A stretch of DNA of 64,000 nt, taken from positions 85,114,558 through 85,178,557 of the forward strand of contig NC_057719.1 of the NCBI RefSeq assembly GCF_004010195.1, in the 5' to 3' direction. A program made the position numbers and the translations under genes. The notes under the pieces are model-generated. The model ran no database searches and was not told the origin of the DNA. It was given only the letters and a program-made list of their open reading frames with translations. Of this stretch, positions 1 to 12,719 are shown in pieces. The stretch comes from Chiloscyllium plagiosum. Taxonomy: Eukaryota. Each line of letters starts with the position of its first letter. The stretch's first letter is position 1.

Positions 1-174
1 AAACTTACATCAGAGTTAAATAAACTAAGCCTGCGAACCAGCTGGTTTATCTTCTATTGGTTGCTGAGGCAAGCGAAATTAGTGGCTAGGATCAAATATT
101 CTGGACAGGATCGAAGACAATGATTTTAATGGTCCCAATACTTATCTGGAGAACATTTCCCTTGGAGGTGAAGT

Positions 175-470
175 ACTTCGCTATCTTTGTAACCTCTTCC
201 AGCTCTACAACCTTCTGAGAAATCTTTAGTTCTGTCCTCTTGTGCATGCTGATTTTGATCTATCCTTAGGAGTTATGTTTTCAGTCAGCTGTGACCAATG
301 CTAATTAATTCCCTTCCACATTTCTCTACTTCTTTCTTCGCCTTTAAGACATCTCTTAACACCTACCTATGTGATTAAGGATTTAGTCACTAAACATTCC
401 ATTCTGTGTATTTGTGTCAAATCTTGCGTCTTAACAAGATGAAACACCTTGTAGCATTCTTCTAGTATTC
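175..470 (+). mobile_element. Old L2-type LINE 3' end remnant
   Basis: Degenerate L2-like 3' motifs (ctttgtaacctcttccagctctacaac; cctttaagacatctcttaacacctacct; gaaacacctt). Recognised by resemblance only. Confidence 0.45.
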
Positions 471-905
471 CAGTTCTCTTCTCAACGACAGCTTTGATTT
501 ACAGACTTGCAATCTTCACCATGGCTAGGGCAAACAAGCAGGTCGAAAATCCGCCTCAGCCAGAACGGAGATTGAATCTCATGTCTTTGGTACCAATCTG
601 ATCTATTTTGGTTGTCCCTCATTCCACCTCATTCATCAACACTATATGGCTAGTAATTTAATGGATTGAATGTGCACTTTGAATCTCTTCGAGGAGATCA
701 TAAGAAACATCATATATGGTCACCATTTGGCAATTTGTTTATATTTTACAGACCCTTACATATTCATTGAGCACATACTAAAAACATTTAACACATAAAC
801 AAGATGTAACCACACTTTTTTTTAGAAAAGGCTATAGGAATTCCCATCTCTATATTAACTGTAACACTTTCCATTGAGCTTCAACTTCCTGGAATATACA
901 ATCAT

Positions 906-1425
906 CTACCAGAGGATGTGGTGGAGACTGTACAACTACAACATTTAAAAGGCATCTGGATGGGTACATGAATAGGAAGGGTTTAGAGGGATATGGGCTA
1001 AGTGCTGGCAAACGTAACTAGATTATTTTAAGATATGTAGGATGAGTATGACCAAAGGATCTGTTTCTGTGCTGTACATCTAGAAGAAAGTGAGGACTGC
1101 AGGTACTGGAGATCAGAGTCAAAGAGTGTGGTGCTAGAAAAGCACAGCTAGTCAGGCAGCATCCGTGGAGCAGGAGAATCGACATTTCGGGCATAAGGAA
1201 ATGTCAATTCTCCTGGTCCTTGGATGCTGCCTGACCTCCTGTGCTTTTCCAGCACCACACTCTTTGACTCTGATCTCCAGCATCTGCAGTCCTCACTTTC
1301 TTCTCCTTCATCAGGGAGGGCTTATGCCTGAAATGTCAATTCTCCCGCTCCTCGGATGCTGCCTCACCGGCTGTGCTTTTCCAGCACCACACTCTTTGAC
1401 TGTGCTGTACATCTCTGTGACTCTT
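906..1425 (+). mobile_element. CR1 LINE 3' end fragment, interrupted by a PLE insertion
   Basis: acatttaaaaggcatctggatgggtacatgaataggaagggtttagagggatatggg...gtttctgtgctgtacatctctgtgactct; same sequence family as 2640-2816 and the reverse complement of 47702-47930. Confidence 0.85.
1082..1399. mobile_element. Non-coding Penelope-like element terminal-repeat (pLTR) fold-back insertion, three arms
   Basis: Arm 1082-1197 is inverted relative to arms 1198-1304 and 1317-1399. Flanked by the 15-bp direct repeat ctgtgctgtacatct (1067-1081 and 1400-1414). Hammerhead cores are degenerate. Confidence 0.85.
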
Positions 1426-1904
1426 TAACGTGATGATCTTATCCTTATAATTTTGATTCAAAATAAGTAGTTAGAATCATAAATAGCAAGCATGAAAAGA
1501 AGGAACAACTAGAAAATGTACACCTGCAATCATTGCACATCATTGTGAATGTATGCATGCTTCTCTACCTCAAAAATAAACTAAAATGGGATGGGGCAGA
1601 TACCCAGATCAGTTTTGTGGAAAGAACATGGCTGCGAAACTGGCAAAACTAAATTTTGTGGCTAGTCTTCCAAGCATTATCTAACAACATGAGACTGTAT
1701 TTAGAGCAGTGAAATCTCTTGAAATTTTAAGAACAAATTACATTCAGTGTCACATTTGGGTGTTTACAAAGCAACATATCTTCCAACTTGCTGATAGGAA
1801 ACTTGGCTGATTGCATTATATTAGTGTGCACAGCAAATACTTTCAAACAGAAATGACATGAAGGATGAGTTTTGGAGTGACTGAGGGAATGTTGTACAGG
1901 CAAG

Positions 1905-4900
1905 CAGATTAACTATTCTTCACCTATGTGGGACTGGGACTGATGTCCTCGGGGAGTACTGCTAGATTGGTTGGGGAAGCTTTAAACTAAAAATGCTTTT
2001 GCTTGCATCCCCCTGCCAAAGAGTCAGAGGAAGGGGATTTAAAGACAAGAACAAAAGACAGAAAGAGGAATAAGAAAAGTGATAGGCAGAGACATTAAGA
2101 GACAGGATCAAACAGGGACACAGTGAAAAATAATGGGAACTGGACAAGTAATGTTAAAAGGATAAGGCTTCTGGCTTTGTGCCTTAATATGCAGAGCATT
2201 CACAATACAGTGGATGAATTAATCATGCAAACAGATGAAAACAGGCATGTTACTCAGAATTAGAGACATAGTTGCAGGATGACCAGGAATGGGAAATGAA
2301 TATCCAGAAATGTTTAGTACTTAGGAAGAGGATGTTGTGAAATTTGAAAGGGTTCAGAAAAGATTTACAAGGATGTTGCCAAGGTTGAAGGATTTGAGCT
2401 GTTGGGAGAGGCTGAATAGGTTGGGGCTGTTTTTCCTGGAGGGTCAGAGGTTGAGGGGTGACCTTATAGTGGTTTATAAAATCATGAACGGCATGGATAG
2501 AATAAATAGACAATGTCTTTTTCCTGGGGTCGGGGGATCCAGAACTACAGGGTATAGGTTTAGTGAGAGGGACAAGATATAAGAGAGACCTAAGGGGCAA
2601 CTTTTTCACGCAGAGGGCAGTGTGTGCATGGAATGAGCTGCCAGAGGAAATGGTGCAGGCTGGTACACTTGCAACATTTAAGAGACATCTGGATGGGTAT
2701 ATGAATAGGAAAGGTTTGGAGAGATTTGGGCCGGATGCTGGCAGCTGGGACTAGATTGGGTTGGGATTTCTGGTCGGCATGGACGAGTTGGGCCAAAGGG
2801 TCTGTATGACTCTATGACAGATAAAAAGGAAAATGCAGTGGAGTTAAATTACTGGTTAAAGAGGACATTAATGCAATAGCGAGGATGGATATTGGCTCAA
2901 ATGATGTGGAATTTGTGTGGGTAGAGCTGAGAAACACCAATGGGTTGTATAAACACCCCCAAACTGTAAGGGTGATGTTAGGAATGACATTAAACAGAAG
3001 TCAAAGATGCTTGCAATAAAGGAACATGTGTAATTATGGGTGACTTTAATCTGCATATAGTTTCAGCAAATCAAATTAATCTCAATACCTTGAAGAAGGA
3101 ATTCCTAGATTGTGTATAGGATGGTTTCCTGGACCATATGTTGAGGAATGAACTAGAGAATAGACTGGGTATTGTGAAATGAGACAGAAATAACTAGCAA
3201 TCTAATTGTGCAAGTCTCCTTGGTGTTAGTGTCCATAATATGATAGAATTCCTCATCAAGTTGGAGAGTGATATATACTTGACTCTGAGACAAGGGTCCT
3301 GAACCTAAATAAAGTAAATTAGGCAAGAGTTGGCTCTGATAAACTAGGGAATGTTATTTAAAGGAATGATGGTGGAAATGCAATGGCAAACATTCAAAGA
3401 GCACATGGGTAAACTGCAATAATTGGTCATTCTGTCTGGTGCAGAAGTAAAATGGGAAAGGTGTCCAAACCATGGCTTACAAGTGAAATTAGAGATAGTA
3501 TTAGATCCAAGGAAGAGGCATATAAATTTGCCAGAGAAAACAACAGACCTGAGGAGTGGGATCAACTTAGAATTCAACAAAGGGATTGATTAAGAAAGGG
3601 AGAGTAGAGTGCAAAGGTAAGCTTGCGAGGAAGACAAAAGCTGACTGTAAATGTTTTATGGATATGTGAAAAAGATTGGTGAAAACAAATTTAAGTCCCT
3701 TATAGTCAGAAACAGGGGAATTTATAAATAGGGAACAATGAAATGGCTGACCAGTGTTCAGTGTTCATAAAGGAGGACACAAACAACATACCAGAAATTT
3801 GGGGAGATAGGGTCAAGTGAGAGGGAGGACGTGAAGGAAATCAGTATTAGTAGGGAAATGGTATTGGGAAAATTGGTTGGATTGAAGGCCGATAAATCCC
3901 AGAGCCTAATCATTTACATCCTAGAGTATTTTAATAAATGGCCCTAGAAATAATGGATATATTGGTGGTCATCTTCCAAGACTCCACAGACTCTGAACAG
4001 TTTGTACAAACAGGAGGTTAGCTATTTAAGGAGGGAGACAGAAAGAAAACTGGGAATTCTAGACCAGTCAGCATGACTTCTGTTGTGGGGAAAATGGCAG
4101 AATCCATTTTCAAAGAAATAGTAGTTCAGTATTTGGAAAACAGTGGAAGACTTAGACAGAATCAGCATGGATTCATGAAAGGAAAATTACGCTTGACAAA
4201 GCTACTAGAATTCTTTAGTGATATAACTAATAGAGTTAATGGGGGGAAGGGAGCCAGTGTATGTGATTTATTTGGAATATGAGGAGGCTTTCGACAAAAG
4301 TTTCACTGAGATTAGTATGTAAGTGAGAAGGATAGAAAACTGGCTGACAGACAGGAAGCAAAGAGAAGGATTAAACAGGTCTTTTTCTGAATGGGAAGCA
4401 GTGACTAGTGGTGTACCGCAGGAATCAGTGCTGGGACCCCAGCTTTCACAATATGTATTATTTAGATCAGAGGACTAAATTTAAGATCTCAATATTTGCG
4501 GATGACACAAAGCTGGGTGAGATGGTGAGCTGTGAGGAGGATACAGAGACGCTTCAGTGCAATTTGAACAAGCTGAGTGAGCGGGCAAATGCATAGCAGA
4601 TGCAGTATAATATGGATAAAATGTGAGGCTATATATTTTGGTGGCAAAAACAGGAAGGCAGTTTATTATCTGAATAGCTATAAATTGAGAAGGAGGAATG
4701 CATAACAAGACCTGAGTGTCCTTGTATATGGTTGCTGAAGGTAAACATGCAGGTACAGCTAGCAGTAAAGGCAGTAAAAGGTAGTATGTTGACCCTCATA
4801 GCAAGAGGATTTGAGTACAGGAGCAGGCATGTCTTGCTGCAATTATACCAGGTGAGATCACACCAGGAATATTGTTTGCTGTAATATTCTTTTTATCTGA

Positions 4901-5345
4901 GGAACGATGCTCTTACTATAAAGGGAGTGCAGCGAAGTTTTACCAGATTTATTCCTGAAATAGCAGGACTGATACAAAAGGAAACAAAGAATTACATGTG
5001 ATTACATGTGCTGAGGTTGAGAAGAAGTGGCGGGGGCAGGGGAATCTCATATAAACCTATACAATTCTAATGGTATTAGACAGGTTACATTTGGAGTCCA
5101 GAATCAGGGACCATACTTTAAAGATAAGGGAGTAAACCTTTTAGGACTGAGTTGTGGAGAAATGTATCCATCCAGAGAGTGGTAAACCTGTGGAATTCAT
5201 TAGTACAGAAAATGGTTGAGGTCAAAACATGATGTTTTCAAAAAGTATGTAGATGCAGCTCCTGTGGTTAAAGGAATCAAGGGATATGGAGGCAGTTGAG
5301 AGGAGGACAAGATTAGATTATTGAGCTTAATGATCAGCCATAATA
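1905..5345 (+). mobile_element. Decayed, near full-length CR1 ORF2 (APE endonuclease + reverse transcriptase)
   Basis: Frameshifted remnants: IMGDFNLH (endonuclease), SRPVSMTSVVGK, QNQHGFMKGK, IFADDTKLG, and the CR1 3' end; many stops. Confidence 0.9.
2329..2816 (+). mobile_element. Younger 5'-truncated CR1 3' fragment nested in the older CR1
   Basis: ORFs ERVQKRFTRMLP...RLRGDLIVVYKIM and GNFFTQRAVCAWNELPEE; ends in a tatgactctatga tail; splits the host endonuclease region. Confidence 0.9.
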
Positions 5346-6199
5346 GGTTATTCCATCACATGATGTCCATGTTACTACCAGAGTTGCAGATTTAAGTCAA
5401 GTTTGCAAGAATTGTATATATAAATATAGGTGCAATGTGGGGCTGCTTTGTGCTAAGCTTCCCTTTCACGAACATTGTGGAGAAGCCTCATTCAAATCTA
5501 AATTAATACTAGATTTGGAGGCACGACATATCCAAAATATGTGATGTATTACCAGGCTTCACTTGAAATGAGCAGTTGTTTCAAAAGAAACATGTAGGGG
5601 GGTAACTGCACAGCCGAATGATGCTTTGGTGGTCTGAGACATAATGTGCTTTGGGCATGAATTCATTATACTTGCCCACATGCCAGCTTCTAGGTCTTTG
5701 ACTCTGCTGCCATGAAAAAACACAAGCCTGCAGAGTGAGTAGCTTCTCCAGAAGGTTAGACATCTGCCAAATGCCTCAGACCACATGTTTGCAACTCATG
5801 GTAGCTGTCCAAAAAGGGGGAAATGGCATGACAGTACATTTTGATAGATGTTACTAGTGAAGATTTTGTTTTATTTGTGACATTAAAAGGAGATTAAAAA
5901 CAGTAGAGTTTTTTTTGCAATCAGTTGAGTTGAAGACATTCAAAAGTTTACTGTTTTCATTTGAGCTCAATGAATAATTAAATGGCCTATTTTGAATCTG
6001 GATTTTATATGCGTAACATTTCTTGGCAAAATATTAAGGCATTTGATATTACCTTAGTGAGAACAGAAAAGAACAATACACCATTTAAAACAAAATAGTT
6101 CTTGTTCCCTAAGGGGATTTTTATTTTAACAAAGCCATATGCTTTAGAAGACGTTGGCAAAGTTAGCTGCAACCTCATCTGTGACTCAGATGATTTTAG

Positions 6200-6372
6200 G
6201 GTCATCCCTCATTCAGGACCTGAAGCATAATCTAGGTTTTCATTTCAGCACAGTATTAAGCACATGCTGTATTATCAGAGGCATAGTTCTTCCAATGAAA
6301 CATTGACTAGAAATCTTGTATGCCTGTTCCAGTGATTTAGGCGAATGTTAAAGAGACTGCCACACTAATTAT
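6200..6372 (+). mobile_element. Old Deu-domain SINE fragment (SacSINE1/AmnSINE-like)
   Basis: Degenerate match to ...tctagg...cagtactgagggagtgctgc... also seen at 22310-22670 and 50335-50492. Confidence 0.4.
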
Positions 6373-6376
6373 ATTG

Positions 6377-7276
6377 AGACATAGAAAATAGGAGGAATAG
6401 GCCATTCAACCCTTCAAGCTTGCTTGTCATTCATTATGATCAATAGCCTGCTCCTGTTTCTCGTCCATATCCTTGATCCCTTCAGCCACAAGAGCTACAT
6501 CTTCTTCCTTCCTGAGAACACAATATTTTGGCTTCACATGCTTGTTTGATAGTGAATTCCACAGGGGTTATCGCTATCTGCGTGAACTCTTCTTATGCCG
6601 AAATGGTTTACTCCATATCCCTAGACTGTAACCCTATTTGTGAAATCCACCGCCATCAGGAACATCCTTGCTGCACCTACCCCTACTAGTCCTGTTAGAA
6701 TTTTATAGGTTCTTAGAGATCACCCTTCATTCTTCTAAATTCCAGTGAATACAATCCTAACCAACTGAATCTCTCCTTATATATCAGTCTTGCCATCTGA
6801 GAAATGAATTTGGTAAACCTTTGTTGCACTTCCCTTTTTAGCAAGAATACCTTTCCTCAAATAAGGAGACCAAAACACCACAAAATATTCCAGGTGTGGT
6901 CTCATAATACCCTGTATAATTGCAGTAAGATATCTTTATTCCTGTACTTGAATTCTCTTGCTATGAAAGCCAACGTACAGTTTGCCTTCTTTATTCCCTG
7001 CTGCACCTGCACGCTTAATTTAGCAACTAGTACATGAGGACACCCAGGTCTTGTTGAACATTCACTTCTCTCAATTTATAGCCATTCAAATAATAATCTG
7101 CCTTCCTATTCTTGTTACCAAAGTGGATAGCCTCACCCTTATCCACATTATACAGCACCTGCCACGCATTTACCCACTCACTTAGCCTGTCCAAATCACA
7201 CTGCAACATCTCTGTAACGTCCTGACAGCTCACTCTCCCACCCAGCCTTGTGTCATCCATAAATTTTGAGATAATG
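6377..7276 (-). mobile_element. CR1 LINE 3' portion (RT C-terminus + 3'UTR)
   Basis: ORF 7027-7260 DDTRLGGRVSC...LQCDLDRLSEWVNAWQVLYNVDK. Confidence 0.9.
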
Positions 7277-7924
7277 TAACAAATTCAGCAGTGATAAGAG
7301 CAGGCATCCCACAATGAATGAAACAGCAATTAAAGCAGGTTACTTTTATTTTCAATTTGTCATATATCTTTATTGTCCCAAAAGTAGAGTATTTGCAGGA
7401 TATTGTCTGTTTACAAATTCAAGGACAAGGAGAACAGTGTAAATAACGTCTTTAAATGTTACAAAAATGTATCCAAGATACCTTTGGTTATGATTCACTT
7501 GTAAAAGATGCTTGATTGGAAGATCACAGCCTTACCATCCTTGGTTATGCTAACCCTCAGAAAGAGTAGTTTAAGATTCTCCCCAGTTTCAAAATGTTGT
7601 ACTTCATAGTTGAAATTATGTAGGCACCACCAACTCTTTTCATGATGTTAATTATAGCATTACTCGTTGTTACCATCTGTTGCTTATGCTGTTGCTGTCT
7701 TTTTTCTTCCAATCTTCATTGCAAAATACTTCTTTTATCTTTATTGCCTATGGAAATTTCTGTTTCACATCCTTTACTACAATGATGGGAAAGCTATCTG
7801 CTGGAACTGAATCTCTGTAATGTGTGCTCTAACCTAACAACGGTGTGCTAGGTTATTTTAATACAATTCTACATTCAATCCTGACACAGATGATACAGTA
7901 AGAATTAGAGCTAAAAAGTATCCC

Positions 7925-9070
7925 GCACTCCAATGAGGACAGCAAACAATAATATAATCTACAGACCACTGCAGGCAGTGTGACACCACACAGATAGTGT
8001 AACTTATCTTGTAGAATACAACAGGTAATACCACACATCTCATGATTGCAACAAATCATGTAACATATATAGTGCTTTATCACATTTGCAATCTACAAAT
8101 AGTGTTATATATTCTGCAGAATATAGCAATGTAACATATCCCTCACAGATAGTGTTACACATTTTGCAGGGTTGAGCAGTTAGGGTAACAATCTTGCCAT
8201 TACAACAGATAACATACACTATCTGCTATGGTGTGCGAGATATGGTAACACATTTGTACACAACAGATATAGCGTAACATATTCTACAAACTATAACAGA
8301 TACCTGTCATACATTATGCAGGGTGTAACAGCAAATTTCACAAATCTTGCAGGATTTCTAAAAAATACTGTTCATGGTATGCTGGCTGGACTAGTGTTTA
8401 TTGCTCATCTAATTGCCCTTTAATAGGGCCATTTCAGAAGGCAGTTCAGAGTTAACCACATTGCTGTGGGTCTGGAGTCATGTGTACGCCAGATGTTAAA
8501 GACAACAGATTTCCTACCACAAACAACAATTGTTGTCACCACAATTTTTACTTGGTTGCCATTAGATTAGGTTGTAATTCCAGATTTTTATTGAATTCAA
8601 ATTTCATCTGCCATTTGAACCTAAGTCCCCAGAGCATTAGCCTGGCATTACTAGCCCAGCACCACCTCCCCCATGCAGCAGATACAGCCAAGTAGTACAG
8701 TACCTCATATAACATTATCTACAGAATGCAGCACAAGGGCAAAAAAATCCAGATTGATTAGAACAGTGTACCACTTTGTGTAGACTATAGCAGGTAGCAT
8801 CACAAGTTCCATAGACGACAGCACCACATGCTGCAAGGAACAACAGAGAATGTACCTCACCACAGAGGGCGCCGCAGACAACACACCATATCCTGCACAA
8901 TACAACAGATAATGCATCTCATCTCATGTGCATAGCTGAGAATGTACTACATCTCACCATAAACAGCAAATAGTGTACCATATCCCACAAAGCACAGAAG
9001 ATAATGTACCACATCTCATAGAATACACCAGGCGGTGCCACAAGTAATAGCGTAACACGCCTACAACAAT
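7925..9070. repeat. Highly diverged tandem array with a ~30-33 bp unit (approx. acagatagtgtaccacatcctgcagaataca), split by a SINE
   Basis: Recurrent acagatagtgt / acaaatagtgt / acagataatgc / caaatagtgtacca motifs at ~30-bp spacing on both sides of 8368-8672. Confidence 0.6.
8368..8672 (-). mobile_element. tRNA-headed SINE (family B; same family as 36734-37090)
   Basis: Reverse complement contains atgactccagacccacagcaatgtggttaactct...gggcaattagatgagcaataaacact. Confidence 0.8.
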
Positions 9071-10900
9071 TTGAACAGGATATCACTAACTGATTCAAGC
9101 TGACAGTTTAATCAGTCCTACAATCTTGTTATTGTCAAAATAGTAACTGGTACCGCAAAGGCAAATGCAATTTGAAGACAGTGGAAATTCAATAAATTGC
9201 AGTGAAATAAAATCAGATGAAATTACTGCAGGATCTTCTGTCTAATTCACTCAAGTTTTAAGAATTTCCATTTATAGAAATCCTTTACACTACAGTGCTA
9301 TAAAATAATGATTATATTCTGAGGCACAAAATGTGAATGAAATTTGAAGCCAGCAAGAAAAGAAATTATGATACAAACATTATGAATGGTAAAAGAAAAA
9401 GCAGTTAGTTACTGCAAAAATAAAATACCTCCAGCAACAGAAGAAAATGAACAGTGGTCTGGCTATTTCAATGGGCAGAAAGTCATAGATGTAGTGCAGT
9501 TTGGAATTGTGTGCATGGACCTTGCAGAATCCCAGACACAGCAGATTCCATAGAAATCGTAGATTCTGATATTGGAAAATTCTCTGCATCTGGAACCCAT
9601 TGAAAGAACCCACTGAAGATGGAGAAATTGGAGGGCTCTGTTTTAGCAAAGTTACCACTAGGCTAGGAAAAGCTAGAATTTTTTTTTAAATTAGGCAAAC
9701 TCCTGGGTAACTATTCAGCTAATCAACTCATCACTCAACCCAATTACTACACCTCCCTTGGAGCCATGACAACCACTGCCTGATCAGAATACCCGTAACC
9801 CAACATGATTCCACTGCCAGGAGCTGACAACCCCTTATCACCAGACCTGACAATCCCCTCTATATTGTCAAACTTGACACACCGTGACCTGAAACATCCA
9901 TTCCCTTGCTGGATCCAACACCGTCCTACCCACCGGATCTGACAATCTCTTTCTCATGCTTACACCTTCTCTCACATGACTCCCATGCCTAGCGGAAGAA
10001 AGAACTCTTTATTATTTTTTTATATAACTTCCCTCTTTATGTTGTCAAAAAGAGACAGAATTTATGTTGTCAAAAAGAGACAAAGTTTTTGGATAGAAAT
10101 CACCTGGTATGCAGCCTTATTCAGCATTTGTCATGCAAATACAAGTAACTTCTGTTTGGAAGTGGGGACAGCTTTTCTCACAAGGTTATAAGAATCTCAC
10201 CTCATTGTTTACATGTTCATGTATAATAAAGTGCATGAGTACACTGCATGGTTTCCTGAGCCATTTGTGAAGAGAACAATCAAGTTTGAGGGGCTTTCGG
10301 CTGAAATTCTCTCCCTTCCAAGGTTTAAGGTTCAGAAATAATATTGAGGGGCACCCTGACTGACATTCACATTCTGCAAACCAGGATGATGAGTCACCCT
10401 GCACTGGTCCTCCTCCCCAAACCCTATTGATGTCACAGACAAGACGACCGTGAATGGAACACTTCAGAGATGTCTCACTGCAGGTTCTTCTAGGCTGTCA
10501 ATGAAATGCAAGAGATGGCAACAGGAGGCTCTCCTGCCAGACAAAGATTTTTGAATGGAGGTAGTAGTTGAGCCAAAGCTACATAAAGATGTCTTGCTGC
10601 TCAAAGAAAGGAAAAGTGATATTGAGGATACATGGGTGGCATGAGTGTTCAATCAATATGTATAGCTTGGACTACTGCAAAAATATATGGCACTGCACAG
10701 AAGCTGGTTGCAATCTCATTCCATGGATAAGCAGTGACATGGTTGGACGCATTGAAAGGTCTGAAGAATTGTCCCTGATCAGAAAGTGATAATAGTTTTC
10801 TATTGAGATACTGGCTCTCTTCATCAGCAATATCCACCTCTCATTGCTCTCAGTATCTTGAGAAGAGTGAGCTTTCCATGGAGGGGTTGCAACGAAGGCT

Positions 10901-11084
10901 TATGGTGGTGAGGAAGGAGGTGTGAGTGCTGGTTTCACAATTCCTGCGGTGGCAGGGGAGGATGCCAGGAAGGAAGGGTGGTTTGTTGGGGGGGTGTGGA
11001 CCAGACCAGGTAATCACGGATGGAATGGTCTTTGTGGAAAGCAGGAAGGGGTGGGGAGGGAAATATATCCCTGGTGGTGGGGTC
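10901..11084 (-). mobile_element. PLE internal fragment; inverted copy of 11467-11650
   Basis: The reverse complement is closely similar (about ten differences in ~185 nt, counted by eye) to the adjacent PLE coding region. Confidence 0.85.
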
Positions 11085-11123
11085 ATGATACTTATTGCAT
11101 GGATAGTGAAATTGTCAAATGAG

Positions 11124-11925
11124 GTAAAAGTGAGGGCTGCAGATGCTGGAAACCAGAGTTTAGATCAGAGTGGTGCTTGAAAAACACAGCAGGTCAGGCA
11201 GCATCCGAGGAGCAGGGAAATCGATGTTTCGGGCAAAAGCACTTCATCAGGAATGGAGGCAAAGTCCACATTGATGCCCTGGGGTTGAAGTGTACCGAGG
11301 TGGTTGAAGATGCCCTCCAACGCATTTCATCCACATCCCGCACCTCCACCCTCAAACCCCACCCCTCCAACCGTACCAAGGACAGAACCCCCTGGTCCTC
11401 ACTTTCTACCCTACCAACCTTCACATTAACCATATCATCCGCCGACATTTCCGCCACCTCCAAACGGACCCCACCACCAGGGATATATTTCCCTCCCACC
11501 CCTTCCCACTTTCCACAAAGACCATTCCCTCCGTGACTACCTGGTCAGGTCCACACCCCCCCCAACAAACCACTTTCCCTTCCTGGCACCCTCCCCTGCC
11601 ACCGCAGGAATTGCGAAACCAGCACCCACACCTCCTTCCTCACCACCATCCAAGGCCCCAAAGGAGTCTTCCACATCCAAAGTTTCACCTGCACATCCAC
11701 CTATGTCATTTATTGTATCCGTTGCTCCCGATGCGGTCTGCTCTACATTGGACAGATTGGATGCCCCCTCGCAGATCGCTTCAGGGAACATCTCCGGGAC
11801 ACCGGCACCAATCAACCCCACCCCGTGGCCCAACATTTCAACTCTCCCTCCCACTCTGCTGAGGACATGCAGGTCCTGGGCCTCCTCCACCACCGCTCCC
11901 TCACCACTCTGATCTAAACCCCAAA
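11124..11925 (+). mobile_element. Truncated Penelope-like retroelement (RT C-terminal linker + GIY-YIG endonuclease) with inverted pLTR
   Basis: Frameshifted peptides DALQRISSTSRTSTLKP...HIIRRHFRHLQTDPTTRDIFP...FTCTSTYVIYCIRCSRCGLLYIGQ...DRFREHLRD...PVAQHFNSPSHS (GIY-YIG). Inverted pLTR at 11124-11254. TSD aaa(t/c)tgtcaaatgag at 11109-11123 and 11926-11940. Confidence 0.9.
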
Positions 11926-11954
11926 AAACTGTCAAATGAGCCAAGTGAGAGAAT

Positions 11955-12378
11955 AGGCTTTAGTCTGTTACACTGCAGGATACAGAGAAACCCTCAACAT
12001 GAGGCATAAAGAACTCTGACAGGGCTCTGTGGGATAGATAAAGGAGGATATTTTCCCTGACTTGGCTCTCCAGAGTCAAGACAAACGGTTTCAAAATAAA
12101 AAGTTGGCGATATATAACTGAGATGTACAGGGCTTTTCATATTCCCAGCTGGTCGAGAATATTTGCAATTCTCCCTCCCATACAGCAGTGAAGGCACGAT
12201 CACTACGTGTGATCAATTATTGAAACATAAGATTTCTTAAAGAGAAAGATATCCAGGTTTATTGGAAGAGTAAGGAAATAAAGCAAACAGTAGATTATCA
12301 AATCTGATTTAGAAAAATGGCAGAGCATTTGGATGGTCTGATTTTCCTATTCTTGTTCAGCTTTCCTATGTTCCTATA
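11955..12378 (+). mobile_element. Very old CR1 3' end remnant
   Basis: Degenerate CR1 3' motifs ending ttcctatgttccta. Confidence 0.5.
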
Positions 12379-12719
12379 ACTCCTGGAAAATATTCTCAGC
12401 AAGGCACTATCCCATTTGGCTCAGGATGGCATGAGTGCATTCAAGCAAGACTAAAACAGCATGTGACTTTCAACACAGTATGCACAAGCCTGCTATTCCC
12501 GCCAGGATTTTGAGATCATGTTCTCTTGTGTGCGAATGGTGCAATGGCTATGTCTTTCAATACTAAATGCCACTTGCAAGGGATAACACTACCAGCAGAG
12601 ATCAAGTAAAACAGAATACTTTACTTAATGTAAGCAGCCCCCCACGCCAACATCCAGCAGTTTTTAAAAAAGCAAAGTGAAAAACACACATATTGGTGCA
12701 TCATTAGACCTGGAAGTTG

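Noticed and set aside
7536..7600. Minus-strand ...LRVSITKD with a gtaagg donor, resembling LPDVTKE
   Set aside because: Wrong phase, no clear acceptor and no further similarity.
7925..9070. Possible CRISPR-like repeat-spacer array
   Set aside because: Units are uniformly degenerate along their length; there is no constant repeat alternating with unique spacers.
10036..10082. 22-bp direct repeat tttatgttgtcaaaaagagaca
   Set aside because: Simple local tandem duplication with nothing inserted between the copies.
10649..10837. Possible Myb/SANT-like Harbinger partner ORF (…PWNEIATSF…)
   Set aside because: Only a 5-residue resemblance; cannot be supported without an HMM search.
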